From Archaeoglobaceae archaeon (GTDB lineage Archaea > Halobacteriota > Archaeoglobi > Archaeoglobales > Archaeoglobaceae), in assembly GCA_038893835.1 (NCBI GenBank), contig JAWAQR010000002.1, positions 32,001 through 96,000 of the forward strand: DNA of 64,000 bases. Reading direction: 5' to 3'. Position numbers and translations under genes: made by a program. Below the pieces are notes generated by a model that saw only the letters and a program-made list of their open reading frames with translations, did not search any database and was not told the origin of the DNA. Positions 47,543-57,557 of the stretch are shown here, piece by piece. Numbering within the stretch: the stretch's first letter is position 1; every line of letters begins with the position of its first letter.

Positions 47543-48547
47543 TCAAATTCCCCTTCCCTTTATCTCAATTTCCATTCTTTCCTCATCCAATTTAACAGCA
47601 TCACCAAGAAAGCTGTTTATTACGTATACATTACTCCGCTGATGCATTGTTATCTTGGTTGTCGTATACTTAGTCACACCTCTAGCTATTGCCGAGAAGA
47701 CCATGATCTGATCTGCAAGATGAGAGTCGAATAAACCTCTGCTTGAAAATTCATCGTAAAAGTTCTTTCCAGCTTCCATACCAACTTCTTCCGCTCTCTT
47801 ACCCTTTTCTCCTAACGCACTACCACCTTTATAACCGCACCATATTGTAATTCCACTACCAGTAGATGTGCCTTTCAAAACTTCCAAAGATATTTCAGCC
47901 TCCAATCCTTTTTCCTTCAAAAACTTCAATGCAGCCTCTTTTTGTCTTTGTGCAACATGATCTGGCAGATTTTGACAATGACTTATTCCATAAATTCTGC
48001 AATCCTTTTTTTCAAATTGTTTTCCGGACAACCTGGATGGAAAGATTTCAACCAATATCCTTCCTCCTCCCCTTGGATAATAGCCTCTATTCTTTAGCTG
48101 CAAAGAAACCCTGCAATCCAGTTCCTCCATCGCTTTAAGAGTTACATTTTTGAAATAATCCACTGTAGGGGCCCATGCCACATCTGTTCCTCCTATAATT
48201 TCAAGCTTCGACGGTCTTTCAGCGATTAAAAGAGGGGGAAGAATCGTTTGAAGGATCAACGTAACACTTCCAGCTGTACCTATATCTATCTTATATTCTC
48301 CCCCCTTCACAGTTTTTGGCTTAAAAACAACCCTCGTAGATCCCAGTTTTAACCCTTCTACTTCAGCGTCGCTTATCAGCTTTGCAGCTTCAATTCCCTT
48401 CAAATGCTGTGCTGCCAGTCCAGGATTTGGACGATTTGCCCTTATTTTCGTTATTTCCATTGCTTCTCCAGTTATGCACGATAGGGCTATCGCCGTTCTC
48501 AATATCTGTCCCCCTCCTTCACCAAAGCTACCATCGATTCTTATCAT
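47543..48547 (-). CDS. rtcA: RNA 3'-terminal phosphate cyclase
   Basis: DGSFGEGGGQILR, PGLAAQH, GGTDV, RGYYPRGGG, HLADQ. Confidence 0.96.
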   Translation of the reverse strand: MIRIDGSFGEGGGQILRTAIALSCITGEAMEITKIRANRPNPGLAAQHLKGIEAAKLISDAEVEGLKLGSTRVVFKPKTVKGGEYKIDIGTAGSVTLILQTILPPLLIAERPSKLEIIGGTDVAWAPTVDYFKNVTLKAMEELDCRVSLQLKNRGYYPRGGGRILVEIFPSRLSGKQFEKKDCRIYGISHCQNLPDHVAQRQKEAALKFLKEKGLEAEISLEVLKGTSTGSGITIWCGYKGGSALGEKGKRAEEVGMEAGKNFYDEFSSRGLFDSHLADQIMVFSAIARGVTKYTTTKITMHQRSNVYVINSFLGDAVKLDEERMEIEIKGRGI

Positions 48548-48595
48548 GCTGATCAGTTTTCAATGGGTTTAAAAACTCTTGAGAGGCTTTAGTTC

Positions 48596-48904
48596 ATGAG
48601 AGAATACAAGTTCAAACGCGGATATGAGCCAAAGATTGAAAGACTTGAGGAAATGTTGAAAAAACACTTTGGTAATTTTGAAAAAATCGATGATTTCTAC
48701 GTAGTAAAAAACTTCGGTGGAATTGAGGAAATGAAGGCGAAGATAAACGGTAAAGTTCTGTTGGTGGAGACAAAAACGAGGATTGTCGATGATGAAACAG
48801 CAGTCATGACTTTGAAGACTTACAATAAGTTCTTAGAAGAACTCACAGGCTATACTGCAAAAGAGAGACAGAAAATGCTCAGAAAGGAAGTAGAATCGAT
48901 ATGA
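48596..48904 (+). CDS. Conserved archaeal protein (DUF5611-like)
   Basis: MREY..KRG, YNKFLEELTGYTAKER. Confidence 0.8.
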   Translation: MREYKFKRGYEPKIERLEEMLKKHFGNFEKIDDFYVVKNFGGIEEMKAKINGKVLLVETKTRIVDDETAVMTLKTYNKFLEELTGYTAKERQKMLRKEVESI

Positions 48905-49833
48905 GATCACTTCTATTATCATTTCTGACCTTGTTTCTAGTTTGCTGCACAGGAGTTGAGATTGGAAAAATGAGCAAAGAAGAGTACTGTCAGAAAACAT
49001 GGAAATTTGATCTAGAATGCGCGTTAAACCACACTCTTTCAGATGAGGAAGTTCAGAAAATCTCTGAACTTGCAGAAAAACTTAAAGGAGAGAATTGCAA
49101 ACAGACTGCTTGGAATGCTCTGAAGTGGGTAGAAGAGAATTTGAAGTACGATTATTACAAAGCTTCCCTTCCTCCACCAACGATTATCACTAAGGGGAGA
49201 GAAGTAACTGTATTAAATCCGGAAAGGATTTATCAGACTCCGGAAGAAACGATGATGCTTAGAAAAGGGATATGCGGAGATTTTGCAATTTTAACAACAG
49301 CGATTTTGATTAGAAACGGTTGTAATGCATACGTCCTTTTCGTGGATTTTATCGACTACGAAATCGATCACTTAGCTTCAGCAGTTCTGCTCGACAAAAT
49401 ATACGTTCTCGACCAAAAACTCCCTCCCATGGATCTGGGAAGCTATTACAACAAGTGGTTGAGAGAGGGAAAGAGGATTGGGGGCATCGTAATTTACGAG
49501 AGGGATAAAAAGTTGATGAGTTTTAACGAGAGTGAAATCATGGCTCAGAATTATAAGTTTACAAAAAGAGATCTCGAAGAGTTAAAAAATTTGCTGATTG
49601 AAAAGTTAAAGAGAGAACTCGCCTATGGAGAATTTTACTACAGAGAAAAGCTTATTATAACCATGTTTTTCGACGGATTGGCTGACTATTATACTCCTAT
49701 GTTCAGCGAAGAAATCGCGGAGATGATCAAGGAAAGATTGCTGGAAAAAATAGAAAAAAAGTGGAAAGGATTTAGCCTTGAACTTGAAGTCAGCTGGCCA
49801 GACATCGTTCTAAAACTATCTCTCACCAACTGA
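48901..49833 (+). CDS. Exported transglutaminase-like cysteine protease
   Basis: Signal/lipobox-like N-terminus; GICGDFA, DHLA, VLDQ (Cys-His-Asp). Confidence 0.85.
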   Translation: MRSLLLSFLTLFLVCCTGVEIGKMSKEEYCQKTWKFDLECALNHTLSDEEVQKISELAEKLKGENCKQTAWNALKWVEENLKYDYYKASLPPPTIITKGREVTVLNPERIYQTPEETMMLRKGICGDFAILTTAILIRNGCNAYVLFVDFIDYEIDHLASAVLLDKIYVLDQKLPPMDLGSYYNKWLREGKRIGGIVIYERDKKLMSFNESEIMAQNYKFTKRDLEELKNLLIEKLKRELAYGEFYYREKLIITMFFDGLADYYTPMFSEEIAEMIKERLLEKIEKKWKGFSLELEVSWPDIVLKLSLTN

Positions 49834-50715
49834 GTCAAGAAGGTAGCAAAAGAGAATTGGCAACGCTATGGTTGCATCGCAATAAACTGTGACTGTTTTT
49901 GCGTCTTTTTTCAGCTTTGCCCAGCTCTTCGCTTCCTCAAGCGTAGCTCCGCTCAGTCCGCCAAACTGTGGGGAATCAGTGGTTATCTGAATCGCATAAT
50001 CAAAACCCCTCGATAAAAGCATCGCTTGTAGAGCGAAATTTTTTGGCACACCTCCTCCAATTATAACGATACCCATACCTCTTTTTTGCGAACATAGTTC
50101 TAAAATTTTTTCTAAATCTTTCTTATAGTCTAAAAAGAGCTTTTTTCCATAGAGCATCAAGTGAAGCCCAGCGATTGAATCGTGAAAGGTCGGACAGAAA
50201 ATTGGAATCTTTTTATCAAAAGCTATTTTTAAAAATGAGTTCTGAAGTCTTTTGCCTATCTCCCAAACCAGCTCATAACTTGAAATATTTCCGGAAAGCT
50301 CTCTAAAAACAGCTGAAAGAAACTCCTCAACTGCAATAAAAGCTGAAGTTGGAACAAATACATCATAAATCCTGTTCAAATCCTTATCTGCCAATTCAGA
50401 GTCGTTAACGTTTTCAGAACCAATTTCATGACTATATCCGAGAGTTTCACAGATCTCATGAACCAAGTTAGCTCCAGTGATCACAAGAGAATCCGCAAAT
50501 TTCAGCCTTAGAATTTCAGCGATCACTTTCCGCATCCCAGCTGGAACCATAGCACCAGCAATGGTTAGGAAGATGAATGCATCCTCTTCAATCATTCTTC
50601 TCCATAACCTTCCAGCTTCTCCAATTCTTCTTGCATTAAAAGCGGAAAATAGAAAGGCTTCAACCAATTCCGAAACTCTCATATCCTTCTTTATCCTCAA
50701 CGGCTCCACTTTCAT
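49816..50715 (-). CDS. dys: Deoxyhypusine synthase
   Basis: GAMVPAGMR, TGAN, NRIYDV, GGGVPKN, GGLSGAT..EAKSWAK, DATI. Confidence 0.93.
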   Translation of the reverse strand: MKVEPLRIKKDMRVSELVEAFLFSAFNARRIGEAGRLWRRMIEEDAFIFLTIAGAMVPAGMRKVIAEILRLKFADSLVITGANLVHEICETLGYSHEIGSENVNDSELADKDLNRIYDVFVPTSAFIAVEEFLSAVFRELSGNISSYELVWEIGKRLQNSFLKIAFDKKIPIFCPTFHDSIAGLHLMLYGKKLFLDYKKDLEKILELCSQKRGMGIVIIGGGVPKNFALQAMLLSRGFDYAIQITTDSPQFGGLSGATLEEAKSWAKLKKDAKTVTVYCDATIALPILFCYLLDSVGER

Positions 50716-50784
50716 GCAAATCCAACGTCATTTAAGTTTAAAAAGTTTCAAAAAACATATATATCAGCTGTCATATTTTTATTG

Positions 50785-51489
50785 ATGCTTGTTCTCGTAA
50801 GTCCGAAAAATCTTGAGGAAGCAATAGAAGCCATCGAGGGAGGGGCGGATATAATAGATGTCAAAAACCCTGCAGAAGGCTCACTTGGGGCAAATTTTCC
50901 TTGGGTTATAAGAGAGGTTGCAAAGATTGCGAAAAAATTTGGAAAAAAGGTCAGTGCAACAACTGGAGACATGCCATATAAACCTGGGACTGCAAGTTTA
51001 GCTGCCCTAGGAGCTGCGATGGCAGGGGCGGATTATGTGAAGGTTGGACTTCATGGAATAAGGAATGAAAAGGAGGCTGAAGATGTTATAAAAGCTGTGG
51101 TTAAAGCTGTAAAAGATTTCGATTCAGAGAAAAAAGTTGTGATCGCAGGTTATGGAGATTTCTACAGAATAAATGCCATAGATCCCCTGAAAATTCCACC
51201 AATAGCAAGCTCATGTGGTGCAGATGTTGTGATGGTCGATACTGCGATAAAGGACGGAACTTCGATCTTCGACCACATGCAATTGGAAAATCTGCAAAAA
51301 TTCGTCAAATTAGCCAGAGATTCCAATCTAATCTGCGCAATTGCAGGAAATCTAAAATGGAATCACGTGGATGTACTTAAAAAGTTGTCCCCTGATATAA
51401 TAGGCGTTAGATCTGTCGTTTGCGAAGCTGGAAGGGATTCGAGAATAAGGAGAGAACTAGTCAGAAAACTCAAGGAACTTGTTTCTTAA
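50785..51489 (+). CDS. mfnB: (5-formylfuran-3-yl)methyl phosphate synthase, methanofuran biosynthesis
   Basis: DIIDVKNPAEGSLGANFPW, SATTGD, YVKVGL, MVDTAIKDG. Confidence 0.95.
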   Translation: MLVLVSPKNLEEAIEAIEGGADIIDVKNPAEGSLGANFPWVIREVAKIAKKFGKKVSATTGDMPYKPGTASLAALGAAMAGADYVKVGLHGIRNEKEAEDVIKAVVKAVKDFDSEKKVVIAGYGDFYRINAIDPLKIPPIASSCGADVVMVDTAIKDGTSIFDHMQLENLQKFVKLARDSNLICAIAGNLKWNHVDVLKKLSPDIIGVRSVVCEAGRDSRIRRELVRKLKELVS

Positions 51490-52666
51490 TTGCAGAACAT
51501 AAATTCAGCAACTCTTTTTCTCCATCTATTGGTCCTTTTGCAATCAAAACGTCCCCCGCAAAAATCTTTGTATTTGCAGTTGGCCTAGTAATCCATTCTC
51601 CTCTCCTCTTTATTGCAATAACGTGCATTCCCGTGTTTGTCTCAACTTTTGCTTCCCCAAGAGTTTTTCCCTCAAGAGTTGAGTTTTCACAAACCGTGAC
51701 AATAGTCAAAACTTCATTAGTCTTCCTCATAGCCTCCTTGAATATCGATGGTAGCTCCATTTTCTTCAAAAGAACTTCCGCTATCTCTCTTGCACCATCC
51801 GCGATCTGTTCAGCACTATGGGCGAGCTCAAGTATGGGGATCAAGGTTGATGGATCCTCAAATTTTTTACTGGCAAGCAGTATGTTTTTTTCAACCTCAA
51901 ACTTAAGATTGTCCACCAAGCTTTCCAAGTACACAACCTCCAACGCAACATCCTCGTTTCCATATATTAGTGAAGAATACGCTAAGTCCACGGCAAGTTC
52001 GGAGAGATTTTTCATCTCTACAAGCACATCCACTGCTTTGTCAAGTTCAGGTATTTCAAGCTCCAAAGCCGTCTCCAGCTCCCTTCTTTCACCAAGAACG
52101 AATTCATAAACCTTCGGAGCCATGTTTGGATCTCCTCTTACGAATATCGTATCTCCCTTCAAAATTTTCGTATTTTTGTTCACATCAAATATCCACTCCA
52201 GATCCCTTCTTATGGCTATGACTCTCATTCCGGTTACTTTCTGGAACTTCAGCTCTCCTAAAGTTTTGCCCGAAATTTGTGAGTACTCTGGCACAACCAG
52301 CTTCAATATCGTTTCTTCCGAGTGGCTTAAAATCAGCTTTATTATATCCTTTTCAAGTTTGTAATTTCTGAGAACGAGGGTTGCCTTATCACCAGCCGCG
52401 CTGCTCATTTTCTGGCTGGCATTGGCTATCTGTAAAATTGCAGCTATTCTCCTAGCATCCTCAACTCTTCTAACGGAAAGAGTTGCAAGAGTTCTTATTT
52501 CATTTAAAAGCTCATAGAACTTTGCTTCAAGCTCTAAAACTTCTTCAGCTATGTCCTCTGCATCGTAAAGGACAGAGGAATAAGCTAAATCTATTATCAA
52601 CTCTGTAACATTTCTTATTTCGATCAGTAAGTCCTTAACTGTCTTAGGCATTTCATAACCTTTCAA
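51470..52666 (-). CDS. Tandem PhoU + TrkA-C (RCK-C) domain protein
   Basis: Two repeats of EMKNLSELAVDLAYSS-like helices followed by TGM.VIAI.R RCK-C domains. Confidence 0.88.
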   Translation of the reverse strand: MKGYEMPKTVKDLLIEIRNVTELIIDLAYSSVLYDAEDIAEEVLELEAKFYELLNEIRTLATLSVRRVEDARRIAAILQIANASQKMSSAAGDKATLVLRNYKLEKDIIKLILSHSEETILKLVVPEYSQISGKTLGELKFQKVTGMRVIAIRRDLEWIFDVNKNTKILKGDTIFVRGDPNMAPKVYEFVLGERRELETALELEIPELDKAVDVLVEMKNLSELAVDLAYSSLIYGNEDVALEVVYLESLVDNLKFEVEKNILLASKKFEDPSTLIPILELAHSAEQIADGAREIAEVLLKKMELPSIFKEAMRKTNEVLTIVTVCENSTLEGKTLGEAKVETNTGMHVIAIKRRGEWITRPTANTKIFAGDVLIAKGPIDGEKELLNLCSAIKKQVP

Positions 52667-52726
52667 GCATATAACATAAAAAACTTTTCCACTAGACTAT
52701 TTATATCGAAAAACAGAAGGTAGATT

Positions 52727-52906
52727 ATGTGCGAATCAAAGGTTATTTCAAGGGGAGAAATTCTGTTTGAAGACATAGTTCAGGTGAAGGTTGAAAGTGA
52801 TAGATTGCTTTTTTTCGACATTTTAGGAAACAGGCGTGAAATAAAGGGAAAAATATTAGAAGTTGATCTGCTTGGACATAAGATAACTGTGGAGGTGTTT
52901 CAATGA
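52727..52906 (+). CDS. CooT-family small (nickel-binding) protein, below the ORF track cutoff
   Basis: MCESKVISRGEILFEDIVQVKVESDRLLFFDILGNRREIKGKILEVDLLGHKITVEVFQ (59 aa; MCE, DILG, D...H pattern); ATGA overlap with gap. Confidence 0.85.
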   Translation: MCESKVISRGEILFEDIVQVKVESDRLLFFDILGNRREIKGKILEVDLLGHKITVEVFQ

Positions 52907-53910
52907 TAAGGGTAGCGATAAACGGTTATGGAACAATAGGTAAAAGAGTTGCAGATGCCGTAGCCTTACAGGATGATATGAAAGTCGTAGGAGTGACAAA
53001 AACCAAGCCCGATTTTGAGGCAAGGCTTGCAAAGAGAAAATTTGATCTATACGTAGCAAAACCCGAAAACGTTGAACTTTTTGAAAAGGCAGGAATAGAG
53101 ATAAGTGGAACAGTAGAAGATCTCATAAAGAAGGTCGATATCATCATAGACGCCAGTCCTGACAAAGTTGGAGCGGAAAATAAGAAGATTTATGAAAAAT
53201 TCGGAGTTAGGGCAATATTTCAGGGTGGTGAGAAAAAAGAGGTTGCAGAGGTTTCCTTCAATGCAATAGCAAACTATGATGATGCTATTGGTAAAAGATA
53301 TGTTAGAGTTGTGAGCTGTAACACGACTGCACTTACCAGAACTATCTATCAGCTGAAAAAAAACTTCAAAATAGGTAGGATTAGAGCTACAATTCTAAGA
53401 AGAATTGCAGATCCAAAGGAAGATAAAAAGGGTTTGACAAATGCAATCGTTCCAGATCCAGTATCTTTGCCGTCGCACCATGCAATGGATGTAAAAACAG
53501 TTCTTCCGGATGTCGACATCGTAACAACTGCGTTCAAACTTCCAACAACGCTGATGCATGTTCATTCCTTGGCCATAGAGCTCAAGGAGAAGGTAACAAG
53601 AGAAGATGTCATCTCTGCCTTGGAAAAAGAGCCAAGAATTCTACTACTATCAGCAGAAGATGGATTCACATCGACTGCAAAAATAATAGAATATGCAAGA
53701 GAGTTGAGAATGAGATATGATCTATATGAGAACGTTATATGGCTAGAATCTATAGCGATAGACGGATATGATCTATTTCTAACCCAAGCAGTGCATCAGG
53801 AGGCAATAGTGATCCCGGAGAACGTGGACGCGATTAGAGCAATCTTTGGAATTCCAAAAATGGAAAGCATAAATAAAACAAATAAAACACTTAAAATAGG
53901 ATATTTATAA
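52903..53910 (+). CDS. gap: Archaeal type II glyceraldehyde-3-phosphate dehydrogenase
   Basis: NGYGTIGKRVADA, FQGGEK, VVSCNTT, PSHH, HQEAIVIPEN. Confidence 0.97.
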   Translation: MIRVAINGYGTIGKRVADAVALQDDMKVVGVTKTKPDFEARLAKRKFDLYVAKPENVELFEKAGIEISGTVEDLIKKVDIIIDASPDKVGAENKKIYEKFGVRAIFQGGEKKEVAEVSFNAIANYDDAIGKRYVRVVSCNTTALTRTIYQLKKNFKIGRIRATILRRIADPKEDKKGLTNAIVPDPVSLPSHHAMDVKTVLPDVDIVTTAFKLPTTLMHVHSLAIELKEKVTREDVISALEKEPRILLLSAEDGFTSTAKIIEYARELRMRYDLYENVIWLESIAIDGYDLFLTQAVHQEAIVIPENVDAIRAIFGIPKMESINKTNKTLKIGYL

Positions 53911-53925
53911 TTTTTGGTGAAAAAT

Positions 53926-54396
53926 ATGGGAGGGGAAGTCAATAAGATAGTTACCCTTTGTGGAAAAAGTTGGGCCAAGATAGGAGCGGAATTCATATTC
54001 CTTGGCGGAAAACCTGAGTGTGAGAACTGCAAGATTAAAAAGACTTGCTTAAAACTGCGTGAAGGTGCAAAGTATAAGATAGTTGGGCTTAGAGATGGAA
54101 CAGTACAAGAATGTCAACTTCATGAAGACGGTGTTGTAGCGGTGGAAGTGATTGAACTCCCAATAATAGCGCTCGTTGAGTCAACGCTAACAGAGGGTGT
54201 CAAGTTTAGATATCAGGAGAGAAAATGCGGACATTATGAGTGCAGTATGTACAATCTATGCCATCCAGTTGAATTAAAGGATGGAGAGATTGTTATAGTT
54301 GAAAAGGTTATAGGAGAATCACCGGAAAAATGCGCTCTAGGATATAACTTTGTAGTCGTAGAATTAAAAAGAGAAGAAGTTCAAAGTTCAGCGTAA
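53926..54396 (+). CDS. UPF0179 family protein
   Basis: CENCKIKKTC, C.LH.DGV..VEV, second Cys cluster. Confidence 0.85.
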   Translation: MGGEVNKIVTLCGKSWAKIGAEFIFLGGKPECENCKIKKTCLKLREGAKYKIVGLRDGTVQECQLHEDGVVAVEVIELPIIALVESTLTEGVKFRYQERKCGHYECSMYNLCHPVELKDGEIVIVEKVIGESPEKCALGYNFVVVELKREEVQSSA

Positions 54397-55011
54397 AAGT
54401 GGCTTTAAAATCACCGCTTTCGGAACTTTCAATCTAAACTCCTCAGGATTTGCCTCTGTCCTTGGAATTGCTCCATAGTGCATTGGAATGTAAACTTTCG
54501 CCTTTATATCCCAAGCAGCCTCGACTGCTTCCTTTACATTCATCGTATAAGTGCCCCCGATTGGCAAAAGAGCTATATCTACTTCTAAACCCTTCATTTC
54601 TGGAATTCTATCTGTATCACCGGCATGGTATATCTTTACCCCATCCATCTCAACGATGTAGCCGACACCACCCTTTTTGTGAAATGGTTTATCCACATTG
54701 TAAGCGGGGAAAGTTTTTATTTTAACGCCGCTTACAACCCTTTCCTCTCCCTCAGCAAGAGAACAACTTTCAAAACCCTCAACTATGCAGCCTTTTGGAG
54801 TTACAACCACAGTATCGCTCTTTGAAAGTCTTTTTATAGACTTTATATCCAAATGGTCAAAGTGATCGTGTGTCACCAAAATCAAATCCGCTTTTTCAAG
54901 CCCTTCCGGCACTTCATATGGATCTATGTACAACACCTTCGAGCCCTTTATTTTGAAGCCAGCGTGCTTTAAATAAGTTATTTCTAAGTTTTCATACTTT
55001 AATGTGTTCAT
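54388..55011 (-). CDS. MBL-fold metallo-hydrolase
   Basis: IDPY, THDHFDH, YHAGDT, LPIGG, IPMHYG. Confidence 0.92.
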   Translation of the reverse strand: MNTLKYENLEITYLKHAGFKIKGSKVLYIDPYEVPEGLEKADLILVTHDHFDHLDIKSIKRLSKSDTVVVTPKGCIVEGFESCSLAEGEERVVSGVKIKTFPAYNVDKPFHKKGGVGYIVEMDGVKIYHAGDTDRIPEMKGLEVDIALLPIGGTYTMNVKEAVEAAWDIKAKVYIPMHYGAIPRTEANPEEFRLKVPKAVILKPLLR

Positions 55012-55093
55012 ATAAAAAATTACTTTCAAGCATTAAAAATCTTTTGTTGAATTGAAGGGAAAAGTGTATATATAAGAAATAGGATTCAAAGGT

Positions 55094-56743
55094 GTGAAAG
55101 AAATAATAATGAAGCACGTTGCAATTAATTCCGCTAAATTCGGGAAAGCTGATGAGAAAGCAGTTCTTGGGAAAGTTATCGCCGAAAATCCTGAACTGAA
55201 GGCAAAGATCAGGGAAATCATACCGCTGATCAGGGAATGTATATTGGAGTTCGAATCCATGAGTGAGGAAGATAGAAAGGCTATAATTAGTAAATATTCA
55301 TTTGAAAAGAAAAGTGTTGAAAAAGAGTTAATCCTTCCACCGCTTCCAAAGGCTGAGAAGGGAAAGGTAGTGATGCGTTTTGCACCAAATCCAAATGGTC
55401 CACCAACACTTGGATCTGCGAGAGGAATAATAATAAATGGGGAATACTGCAAAATGTATGATGGTAAATACATTATAAGATTCGATGATACGGATCCAAA
55501 GACAAAAAGGCCAATGTTGGAAGCTTATGATTGGTATCTCGAAGACATAGAATGGCTTGGATATGAGCCAGATGAGGTGATTTATGCGTCAAAAAGAATT
55601 CCTATTTATTATGAATATGCCAAAAAGTTGATCGAGATCGGAAAAGCTTACGCATGTTTCTGTAACAAGGAGGAGTTTAAGAAATATAGAGACAGCGGAA
55701 TTCCATGTGTGCACAGAGAGAGTGAGGTCGAGAAAAATCTTGAAATATGGGAAGGGATGCTTGAAGGCAGATACGATGAGGGTGAAGTTGTGCTAAGGAT
55801 AAAGACAGACTTGTCACACAAAGATCCAGCCGTTAGAGACTGGGTTGCTTTTAGAATAATCTACACACCACACCCACTCGTTGGAGATTCTTACATCGTT
55901 TATCCAACTCTAGATTTTGAGTCTGCAATCGAGGATTTTCTCTGCAAAACAACCCATATCCTTCGTGGCAAGGATTTGAGGGATTCGGAGCTGAGACAAA
56001 GATATATCTACAATTACATGGGCTGGGAATACCCTGTGACAATGCACTGGGGTAGAGTAAACGTGGTCGAATTTGGAAAACTTTCAACTTCTCTTATAAA
56101 GAAAGAAATCGAGTCCGGAAAATACGAGGGCTGGGATGATCCAAGGTTACCAACTATTAGAGCTTTAAGAAGACGAGGAATATCGGCAGAGGCAATAAGA
56201 AAGTTCTTCATATCTTTAGGACTAAGTGAAAGTGATGTGAACATAAGTCTAAAGAATCTATATGCCGAGAATAGAAAAATCATAGATCCGAATGCAAACA
56301 GATACTTCTTCGTCGCAAATCCCGTGGAGATAGAAATAGAAGGTTTACCGAATGAACCTCTCGTAGAGATTCCACTAAATCCGAAAAAAAATGAAAAGAG
56401 AGTGTTAAAAGGAGAAAGATTTGTTTATGTTTCATTAGAAGATTTTGAAAAATTTAAAGGGGAAAATGTAAGGCTAAAAGATTTCTGTAATGTGATTCTA
56501 GAGAAAAAAGCAAAATTCGTCAGCTTTGAACTATTGGGGGCAAAGAAGGGAAAAAATATAATCCACTGGTTGCCGAAGAGTTCTGCGGTGAAGTGCAAAG
56601 TTCTTGGAGAGAAGGTATGGGAGGGTCTAGCTGAGAAGGGGATTGAGAAGGAGGTTGGAAAAGTTGTTCAATTCGAGAGATTCGGATTTTGCAGGATTGA
56701 AAGAGCTAATGGGGAAGTTGTTGCCATATACACACATGACTGA
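55094..56743 (+). CDS. gltX: Glutamate-tRNA ligase
   Basis: RFAPNPNGP, RFDDTDP, THILRGKD, LSTS, WDDPRLPT, QFERFGF. Confidence 0.97.
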   Translation: MKEIIMKHVAINSAKFGKADEKAVLGKVIAENPELKAKIREIIPLIRECILEFESMSEEDRKAIISKYSFEKKSVEKELILPPLPKAEKGKVVMRFAPNPNGPPTLGSARGIIINGEYCKMYDGKYIIRFDDTDPKTKRPMLEAYDWYLEDIEWLGYEPDEVIYASKRIPIYYEYAKKLIEIGKAYACFCNKEEFKKYRDSGIPCVHRESEVEKNLEIWEGMLEGRYDEGEVVLRIKTDLSHKDPAVRDWVAFRIIYTPHPLVGDSYIVYPTLDFESAIEDFLCKTTHILRGKDLRDSELRQRYIYNYMGWEYPVTMHWGRVNVVEFGKLSTSLIKKEIESGKYEGWDDPRLPTIRALRRRGISAEAIRKFFISLGLSESDVNISLKNLYAENRKIIDPNANRYFFVANPVEIEIEGLPNEPLVEIPLNPKKNEKRVLKGERFVYVSLEDFEKFKGENVRLKDFCNVILEKKAKFVSFELLGAKKGKNIIHWLPKSSAVKCKVLGEKVWEGLAEKGIEKEVGKVVQFERFGFCRIERANGEVVAIYTHD

Positions 56744-56836
56744 TTTCAGGGTAAATCTTTTATGTTGTAGCATCTACAAACGAAAGATTAATATAACTCC
56801 ACATGGTTGAGCGAAAAAAAGAAGGAGGGATCGGAG

Positions 56837-57106
56837 ATGGCAGAGAATGCGGTATTTGTTGGGAATAAACCTGTGATGAATTACGTTTTGGCCGTGTTGA
56901 CTCAGTTCAATAGCGGAGCGACTGAGGTTTCAATAAAAGCGCGTGGTAAGGCGATAAGCAGAGCTGTGGATGTTGCGGAGATAGTCAGAAAACGCTTTCT
57001 GCCAGATGTTGACGTTAAAGATATAAAGATCTCGACAGAACAGGTTACCGGTGAACAAGGGACCGCAAACGTCTCTGCTATTGAAATAGTCCTGCAGAGG
57101 AAGTAA
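56837..57106 (+). CDS. albA: DNA/RNA-binding protein Alba
   Basis: [35 protein letters not shown]. Confidence 0.97.
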   Translation: MAENAVFVGNKPVMNYVLAVLTQFNSGATEVSIKARGKAISRAVDVAEIVRKRFLPDVDVKDIKISTEQVTGEQGTANVSAIEIVLQRK

Positions 57107-57134
57107 TTATTTTTATTATTATATTTATTTAATA

Positions 57135-57557
57135 ATGATTTTTGAGGTCCGCGCTTTTGGGCATCCCAACATAACTGCCAAACATCCCTCCACAGTTGAG
57201 GTTACGAAAGATCCTGAAATTTCTAAGAGAGCTGATTGTGTAATAGGGGTTAAGGCAGATAAAAGTATCTCCGATTTGCCTAAGGAAGTGAAGGAAGAGT
57301 TAAAAAAGAATGTTAAAGTGGAGGTTGAACTTCTCCTACCAGAATATGGGATAAAAGATTGTCTAATAGGTTTTGGAAGTGAAAAGTTGATCCTGAATCA
57401 CGAAAGAGATATTGTGATCAGAAAAAGCACGTTCATATGTGGAAGAACGCTGCTAATCTCGGCAAACAAGTCTGCTAAAGATATAAGGAGGGAGATGGCC
57501 GAGCTTTTAAAAGATAGAAAAACTGAATTGGTTTTACTTTTTAAGATTGAAGATTAA
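57135..57557 (+). CDS. DUF371 family protein
   Basis: GHPNITAKHPST.E.TKD, DCVIGV, VIRKS, ANKSA. Confidence 0.88.
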   Translation: MIFEVRAFGHPNITAKHPSTVEVTKDPEISKRADCVIGVKADKSISDLPKEVKEELKKNVKVEVELLLPEYGIKDCLIGFGSEKLILNHERDIVIRKSTFICGRTLLISANKSAKDIRREMAELLKDRKTELVLLFKIED

